Of a stretch of DNA of 62,892 nucleotides, positions 55,655 through 62,892 are shown one piece after another. Within the stretch, counting starts at the first letter, position 1. Every line of letters starts with the position of its first letter. The notes beneath the pieces were generated by a model. The model was given only the letters and a program-made list of their open reading frames with translations, made no database searches and was not told where the DNA came from. A program made the position numbers and the translations under genes. Origin of the DNA: Guillardia theta CCMP2712 (lineage: Eukaryota; Protista; Cryptophyta); assembly GCF_000315625.1 (NCBI RefSeq), contig NW_005434633.1, positions 392,310 to 455,201 on the forward strand, read 5' to 3'.

Positions 55655-56827
55655 TCACTTCCTGCGGCTCAAGCTTCGCATTCGGGCGAGATCAGCCTGG
55701 TACTCCCTGTAGGCATCGAGTCCTCTCTTGTACGAGCTCATCCTCGACTTAGGTGTCCGAGCCGCACGGGAGGGAACCTGATGGAGAGACACGCGCTGGG
55801 ACTTGTAGTCCATGGGGTCGCCCATGTCGTCGGGGATCCTGCTCTCATGCTGACCCAGGCAAGAGTCAGACAAGAAGGCAGAGAAAAGGAGAGAGATGGG
55901 CGGTGGTGGTATTGGGGGGTTGGGAGGTGAAGGAGGAGAGGGAGGGAGGGAGAGGGAGGGAGGGAGTGAGAGAGGAGAGGAGAGGGAGGAAGGGAGTGAG
56001 TGAGTGAGTGAGTGAGGGAGGGAGGGAGGGAGGGATAGGAGGGGAAGAAGCAAGTCATAACAAGATCTCACATAGCGATAGTCATCTTCGTTGTCCCACG
56101 GCATTCCATCGAGCTTCACCCCGAGCCTGCTCAGTCGTTCCTCGGGAGTAGTTCGGTTCTCCAGCTTCTGCATGATCCTCTCTACCTCCTCGTCCGCTGC
56201 CTCTTCCGCGGCCGAAGTCTCATTGCTGTTGGAGGATTCATCGTCGATACCATCGTCCTCGTCCTCCCAGAACCACCTTCCGACATGGACCCCGGCACGC
56301 TGGAGAGGCCTGCGGTTGTACAGGTCGTAGTCAGCCACATCGTCGGGTATCTCAGTAGCGCTGCTGTTTTCGTCTGCCTCCGCGCCTCCTCGTCCTCCTT
56401 CCGGAGGGCTGACGTATCCGGGGAGGGTCGGGATCTCATGGTAGTGGGGCCAGTTGTCCAGGTTTACACCATGGCACTCCAGCACGTCGCCTGTGCACTT
56501 CTTCTTGGACGAGTCAGTTGCGTTGCCCTCGAGCATCGAACCCTGGAACACGTTCCCTTCGATCAGCTGCGCCATGCGGAGATCCGCCTTGCCCGCGTCC
56601 ATGAGGTCCTTTCCCTTCATGATCAGAGCCTGCGCGAGCTGAGCCCTGCGACTCGGGCGAGTCTGCAAGAGCACGTTAGCCCTCGGGCGGTGATCGGAGA
56701 CGAGGAGGAGGGAGGATACAGCGATCAGTCCGATCCCAGCGAGCAGGTACATGGTAAGATTGTTTCCCCTCAGCCTCCTGCTGAGGAGGGGAGCCGATTC
56801 GTTGGCTGCCATTGAAACTGCCACCAT
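55655..56827 (-). CDS. Hypothetical single-pass membrane protein
   Basis: Long ORF with ESAPLL and a TM helix; one simple-repeat intron. Confidence 0.55.
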   Translation of the reverse strand: MVAVSMAANESAPLLSRRLRGNNLTMYLLAGIGLIAVSSLLLVSDHRPRANVLLQTRPSRRAQLAQALIMKGKDLMDAGKADLRMAQLIEGNVFQGSMLEGNATDSSKKKCTGDVLECHGVNLDNWPHYHEIPTLPGYVSPPEGGRGGAEADENSSATEIPDDVADYDLYNRRPLQRAGVHVGRWFWEDEDDGIDDESSNSNETSAAEEAADEEVERIMQKLENRTTPEERLSRLGVKLDGMPWDNEDDYRYVRSCYDLLLPLLSLPPSLPHSLTHSLPSSLSSPLSLPPSLSLPPSPPSPPNPPIPPPPISLLFSAFLSDSCLGQHESRIPDDMGDPMDYKSQRVSLHQVPSRAARTPKSRMSSYKRGLDAYREYQADLARMRSLSRRK

Positions 56828-58334
56828 CGCAAGCTCCTTGGACGAAGCTCACGACCTGAAGAGACGAGTCAGTGGAAAAGAAGGAAATCAGAGCATGGTG
56901 GAAGGGGATGCATGTGTGTGGAGTGAGGGGTGTGAGGGGGAAGGCGTGGGGCTGAGGGAACGACTGAAATGAAATGTCGCCTCAAACGCCGAGATTTGCA
57001 ATGCTGCGCACAGCTGATTGTTATACCACCTCATTCGGTTGTTTCTACCAAGAAATGAAACTGATCGGTTCTACCAGAAATGAAACTGATCGGTTCCAAG
57101 TTTTCGCAACGCTACGGAAAACTGAGTTTGCTTTCCTCCTTCTTTCTACCTTTCTCTTCTCCTGTGACCCTGCTATTCTGATCTCTCGATGGCCCGGGTT
57201 CTGCTGACGAACTGCACTTGAACCCCGACTCTCACTGTCTCTTTGGACCTCATCGATCTTTGAAGTCACTCTGCTAGATCCATGTACAAGGCTACTCTGA
57301 TCCATCAATTCTTTTTCATACAACAGCTCTTCAGCTCAATCTAGTCCTCCATTACATTCGAACTCAAACTCTAAAACAACAACCTCCCCTCCCCTCCCCC
57401 TCCCTCCCCTCCCCTCCCCTCCCTCCCTCCCTCCCCCTCCACTTGTCTGATCTGCTTTCACCTGAACTTCTGTCTGTCTCTTGCTCTTGGTTTGTGCTCT
57501 CCTCTTCTTCTTCTCTTCCTCTCCTCCTCTCTCCTTCATCCCTCCTCCCGTCTCAGCATGTCGGCTGGAACGGGCGGTCCGAAGAGTCAAGATTGTATAA
57601 GACTCTGGACAAGTATAAAGATTCCTTATACATGTATAAGACCTTTATGATCCAATCTTTGTACTTTAAAAAGAGTAGTATATTTTGGAGCAGGGTGGTA
57701 ACAAAATTGCTACACCTGGGTGGTCTTACGTTAGGGGTAGGGTCACATTACCAAGGGGGGTAGTCACATACCCTTTTAGTACCCGTCTAAATCACTGGAT
57801 TTGCATGGGTCCATCTGGTATCAGGTTGCTTTCCCATAGGTAGTGGTGATGTCGCAGGGAGATCAGGGGGTCAAAGGGTGGACAAATGTGGAGGTGGGTT
57901 ATCGGATTGTTTCGGTCCTATTGCAACCTAGGGTTCCTATGGATATCCTAACCCTTTCATGCGTCTGCAAAGCCCTGGCAGGGATAAACAATTGGGTGGG
58001 GTAGTCATTTGGAGGGTACCGGTATTTTGCACCCACCCACCTCTCTAAATTCATGGAAGTACCCACCCTAACGTCTGTGCTTTACACGGTAGAGAGTACC
58101 CTTTTGTTCATCGTGCGCTCCCCACCCCCGTCACCCGTTTGAGTTCAGATCCGCCGAGGCGGAGGTGAAAGGGATCGACAAATCAAGAGTTCTACAAGAG
58201 TACCAAAAGAAATATTTCTTTTTTCAATCACCCCTCATTTCAAGCAAATATTAGCTCGAATATGGGGTGGGTCCAAAGGATGGCGTAAGATTGTTCTTCA
58301 ACCTTGAACCAGACACGTGTCTGAGAGCCGCACC

Positions 58335-59368
58335 ATGCCCACCGTGAGTGAACATGGCGACTTGATGCTTGTATCATGCACCAGAGCGCTTGCTGCTTCT
58401 GCAAACATGATATCTCAACCCCTGCAATGCATGAAACATACTGTTGTATGTTTCCTTCCTACTGTTTTGTTCAACCCATGGCCTTGTTGCCTACTGGACG
58501 TATTGCTTGTCTTTACGGCACTTGACTGGCTCTGATGCATGCATGGCTGGAATTGGACCTGTTGTTCGGATGATCATGATAGACATTCTATTGTGATGTT
58601 TGGTGTTCGATGTTCGATGTTTGATATCATCGTGATTGCATGTCGACAATTGATGTTGTGATTAGTTCTGACCCCGGGGCAGAAATGCTTTTTTGATGTC
58701 ACCATCGGCGGAAGCCCTGCCGGCCGTATCACCATGGAGTTGACTGACAAGTGAGATGTTATGCACGGACCATGTTCCTCTTCTGACTTCATGCCGACCA
58801 GCACCCCCAAGACCTCAGAGAACTTCCGTGCCCTCTGCACTGGAGAGAAGGGATTCGGCTACAAGGGCTGCCCCTTCCACCGCATCATCCCCAACTTCAT
58901 GATCCAGGTTCTCCATGATGCAGCGCGATGCTCCTGGAGGCTCATGGTGTGGGCAGGGAGGAGACTTCACCAACAAGAACGGAACTGGTGGCAAGTCTAT
59001 CTACGGCAACAAGTTTGAGGATGAGAACTTGTAATTGTCATGATTGACCTCTGTTGTGAAGTTGGCTCATATTCGTGCAATCAGCATCAACAAGCACACT
59101 GGACCCGGCATCTTGTCCATGGCCAACGCTGGACCCAACACCAACGGATCCCAGTTCTTCCTCTGCACCGTCAAGACTGACTGGTGACGGCTGAACTTGT
59201 GAGCATCCTGTCCATGAGTTGTAACCATCTTGCAGGCTTGACAACAAGCACGTTGTCTTCGGTAAGGTTGTTGATGGCATGGATGTCGTCAAGAAGCTCG
59301 AGGCTGTCGGCTCCCAGAGCGGCAAGACCAGCGCCGAGGCTGTCATCAGCGACTGCGGCCAGCTCTAA
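58335..59368 (+). CDS. Cytosolic cyclophilin (peptidyl-prolyl isomerase)
   Basis: [59 protein letters not shown]|LDNKHVVFG. Confidence 0.97.
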
Positions 59369-59885
59369 GCAGGTGTCTATCCGAGTGCAGGAATCATTAG
59401 GATCAGAGACATGTCAGAGATACCGCAATGTTGATAAGCTAATTAAAATTTCGGTGGAGGAAGTTGGCAATGTGTGGAATGATCGATGGATTGGACATGC
59501 CAGGGGTGCGCAGTTAGAGTCACTGATGATCTACATTCTTGTTTCTTCTGACTCAGCTCTCTCTCGTTTCTCTTCCTTGCAGCGATGATGCATCTTACAA
59601 CGACCAGCGCCATCCTACCTCCTCCTCCTCCTCCTCCTCCTCCTCCTCCTCCTCCTGGCTGCCTTGTAACTCCTGGCATGTCCGTTTGATGGCAGACTCG
59701 CCATACTCCACCCCGTAAGCTTTCCTAGTACCCCCAATATTTTCACCCCCACCTACCTAAAAGGTGGGAAACGTTGGGGTACATGGCTCATATTGTAGTA
59801 CCCCTGACCCACCCCTGACGAAGAAATACCCTCATTTTTGCTTACCCACCTTGTCAATTGTGCAGGAGCGCTTCAACTTTCAACC

Positions 59886-61133
59886 ATGATGCGGCGAGCG
59901 GCGAGGTTGGGGCGATGGATGAAGAAGAAATGGCGGGAAGAAGTGAAGCCAGCAGCTCTTGACGCCATGTACTGGATCAGACACAACATGACAAACTCGA
60001 CCAAGAGAGTGGTGAAAGATGGTGAAGATTGGGAGGAGAGGGAGGAGGAGGAGGAGCAAATGGCGCAGGGGACTGGAATGCAGTATCAAGAGAAGATAGT
60101 TGCAAAGTGGAGCCAGAAAGACGTCAGTATCACATTAACATGTTTTGAGATGTATGAATGTGTGAGATATCGACGAATGTGAACGTATCAATGCATGCAG
60201 TCCTATTTGAGATGTGCGAAACTTCTTGTTCTTCTAATCAACTCTCGTTCTACTGTAAACCATCTTGATCCCAGGTCATTGACTTTATCCTACATGAAGT
60301 TACAATGGGAGATGCGATGGAGTTCAGGTAGATTGCTCTCCTGCCTCTGTTCGCGGATGGATGATGCTTGTTCTTTGCTCTGCTCCTGACTCCTCCTCTA
60401 GGATCTGCCGCTTGTTGACTGAGAATGAAGTTGATGGCTCTGCATTGACGACGGCAACAGAAGTCGATCTGATAGACCTCGGCTTCGACCGCGTCCTCTG
60501 CCGCAAGCTCTTCATGAAGCTCAAGGCGTTCGGCAAGGACACAACGGCTGAGAGAAGGCTGGAGCGGCTCAAGACGTTCCTGCGGAAGAACAACCTCATG
60601 TTCATCAAGCATCGCCTAGTGGACGAGCTAGGGGTGTACGATCTTGATGAGCTCCCGACGTTGGTGACGAACAAGGGATGGGTCCGCTCCCTCAACCTGA
60701 ACGTTGAGGACGAGATCCGGTTCAAGACGATCGTGCGCGAGTACTCGCTGGCGCTTGTGGCGCAGGAAAGCTCGGCGCTGGGAGAGGAGGGAAGAGCAAG
60801 AAGAAGAAGTCGATCAAGCTCAATGAGAAGATGTACAAATCGCACTCGCTAAGGGCAAGAGAGGATCTGAACAGAGCGCTCAAGGAGCAGAGAGCTTCCA
60901 AAATGCCGGCGGCGATTGGCCAGCAGCAAGTACGGTTGCCTCCTGCTGTCAAGCTAGACACGACCTCGAGGAAAGGGAGATGGGAGAAGACGATCCATGA
61001 TGCGGTGAAGAGCAGCGCTGGAGGAGGAGTGCAGGAGGTGGCGCTGGAAGACAGCTTGGGAGGAGGAGGCCTTCCTCCTGGGTACAAGACGCAGCAGCTG
61101 CTGGGGATTGTGTCCCCGCGGAAGAAGGGGTAG
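59886..61133 (+). CDS. SAM-domain-containing protein
   Basis: VAKWSQKDV ... ENEVDGSALTTATEVDLIDLGF. Confidence 0.6.
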
Positions 61134-61474
61134 TGGACGACGACGATGAGGACGATGACGAAGTTAAAAAGAGGACAACAACTGAAAGAAGGATGATGAT
61201 GATGGTGACGATGATGGTGATGGTGATGGTGATGATGATGATGATGATGGTGATGGTGATGAAGATGATGATGAGGAGGGGGATCAGGTCAAGTGAGAGC
61301 AGGAGGATGAGGAGGGCGAGGACGATGAGTATGCTCTGTTCATGCAGCTCTGTAGGATTGATAGTGCTGGGTTTCAACATTCTCGCTGTAAAGGTTTGTA
61401 CATAATGTTAGAAACAACAATAAATCTTGATGTTTTCATATCTAAATCTGGATCTCTCAGCCCAATCTGTGATG

Positions 61475-62892
61475 CTAAGGTTGTCTTATCACAAACAACA
61501 TGGTCATCACATTCAGCACGAAGCTGATCGTAACGTCGAACACGAGCTTCGGCGCAAAGATGGCCCAGACCTTCGGGGGGGTTTCAGTGACAAGGTGTAT
61601 GGGAGTGAATTGACTGAAAGCACATGAAGGGAGAAAGCAAGTGAAAGGAGAGCGGAAGTGAAGGGAGAGAGAGAGTTTGAGAGAGAGGAGGTAAACAGAG
61701 TGAGAGAGTGAAGGAGGGCAGGGAGTGAGGAGATGAAGAGATGAAGCAAACGTGAGAGAAAGGGAGGATGCTGTTGTGACTTACCATGAGGTGACGTCGC
61801 TCAATGGCGACGAAGATTGATGTAGCCACGAGGTTGAAGGATGCGAAGACTTGGAGGAAAATGCCGTTGAGAGGAAGGCAGCTGAGAGAGGAGAAGGGGG
61901 CTAGGATAATCCACGAGCCCTGTGAAAAAGTAAACTCTTGTCAAGAGAAGTACCGAGGAAAAGAAGGAGAAGGGAGGAGGAGGAGGAAGGAGGAGGAAGG
62001 AGGAGGAGGAGGTATTGAAAGTCAGAGGGAGGAGAGGAGGAGAGGAGGAGAGGAGGAGGAGAGGAGGAGAGGAGAGGAGGAGAGGAGGAGAGGAGGAGAG
62101 AAGGAGAGAAGGAGAGAAGGAGAGGAGGAGAGGAGGAGAGGAGGAGAGGAGGAGAGGAAAGGGGATATGGAAATGAATCAAGACATATAGAAAGACAAGG
62201 AGGGGGCAGGAAGAGAAAGTGCAGGGGAGGTAAGGCGAGTATGAAGATAAGGAGCAGGAGAAGAGGGTGAAGGAGGTAGAGGCCGTGGAGGAGGAGAAAG
62301 AGAAAAGGAGGACGAGGACAGGAAGAAAGAAGGAGGGCAGGGAGGGAGGGAGGAGGGACCCTTCTACGATGTCACCTGTGACGATGGGTGGGCTGTCAGG
62401 CCCGAAGATGAGGGAGAATGGAGGAAGCAGCGAGCAGAGACGTTCGAGCCTGGCCTCCCGCTTCTCCTCCTCGCCCGCTGGACTGTGCCGTCCTAGGGAG
62501 AGGAGGAAGCGAAGAGCTGCAAACATGTAGATTGTCCGCGGGATCCCTAGCCGAAGGAGAGCTGGACTTGCCTGCAGGAAGTTTGTGAGGAGGGAGAGAG
62601 GAGGAGATGTCCAGGAAGGAGGTGTGGGGCCGGAAGGAAGAAGGTGGAAAATGATGCGGGGGGGAGAGGAAGCGTAGGAACTGGGTGGAGAAGCAGGAGG
62701 AGGACGGAGAAGCAGGAGGTGGACAGAGAAGCAGGAGGAGGACAGAGAAGCAGGAAGGAGGACAGAGAAGCAGGAAGGAGGATAGAGGGGTGGTGGGAGG
62801 AGAAAACCGGCGTTCTTTCTCCTCTCCTCCCTAACTCCATTCTTTTGTCCCCTCCTTATTCTCTCCCATTTCCGCACTCCCCCCCCCCCGGT
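61475..62892 (-). CDS. GPI ethanolamine phosphate transferase (PIG-O/GPI13-like) C-terminus, 5' partial
   Basis: Spliced IERRHLM|VWAIFAPKLVF signature near the stop. Confidence 0.75.

Noticed and set aside
57049-57097. ~25-bp tandem duplication AGAAATGAAACTGATCGGTTC
   Set aside because: Simple local duplication upstream of a gene; no further support for function

Overview
Eukaryotic, intron-rich nuclear DNA: ~45-60 bp GT-AG introns, many introns filled with microsatellites, and two 100-N gaps. The style and gene families suggest a cryptophyte alga such as Guillardia theta (inference). Both flanks hold ordinary spliced genes. Left flank (1-23.3 kb): ChaN-like, PARP-like, NF-YB, cytochrome b5-domain, CimA-like, DnaJ, LIM-like and a pentameric ligand-gated channel with an EF hand. 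Right flank (46.4-62.9 kb): TUTase/Cid1, a decayed Cys-rich membrane protein, deoxyhypusine synthase, cyclophilin, a SAM protein and PIG-O. Between them is a ~23 kb accessory island. It starts with an apparently intact Mutator-like transposase fused to a Ulp1 protease, followed by an inverted pair of HTH genes and an inverted MULE fragment. It ends in a ~14 kb quasi-palindrome with ~5.3-5.5 kb arms. Each arm carries a Crinkler-type NTPase/REase-like gene, an intronless phage/plasmid-type YubB/DUF1281 gene and a hairpin whose loop is flipped between arms. The spacer is a mosaic of gene fragments (WD40, ART, REV3). A second highlight is a CimA paralogue that has lost all TIM-barrel catalytic motifs but kept its dimer-linker region. 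All family calls come from motif recognition by eye; no searches were run.
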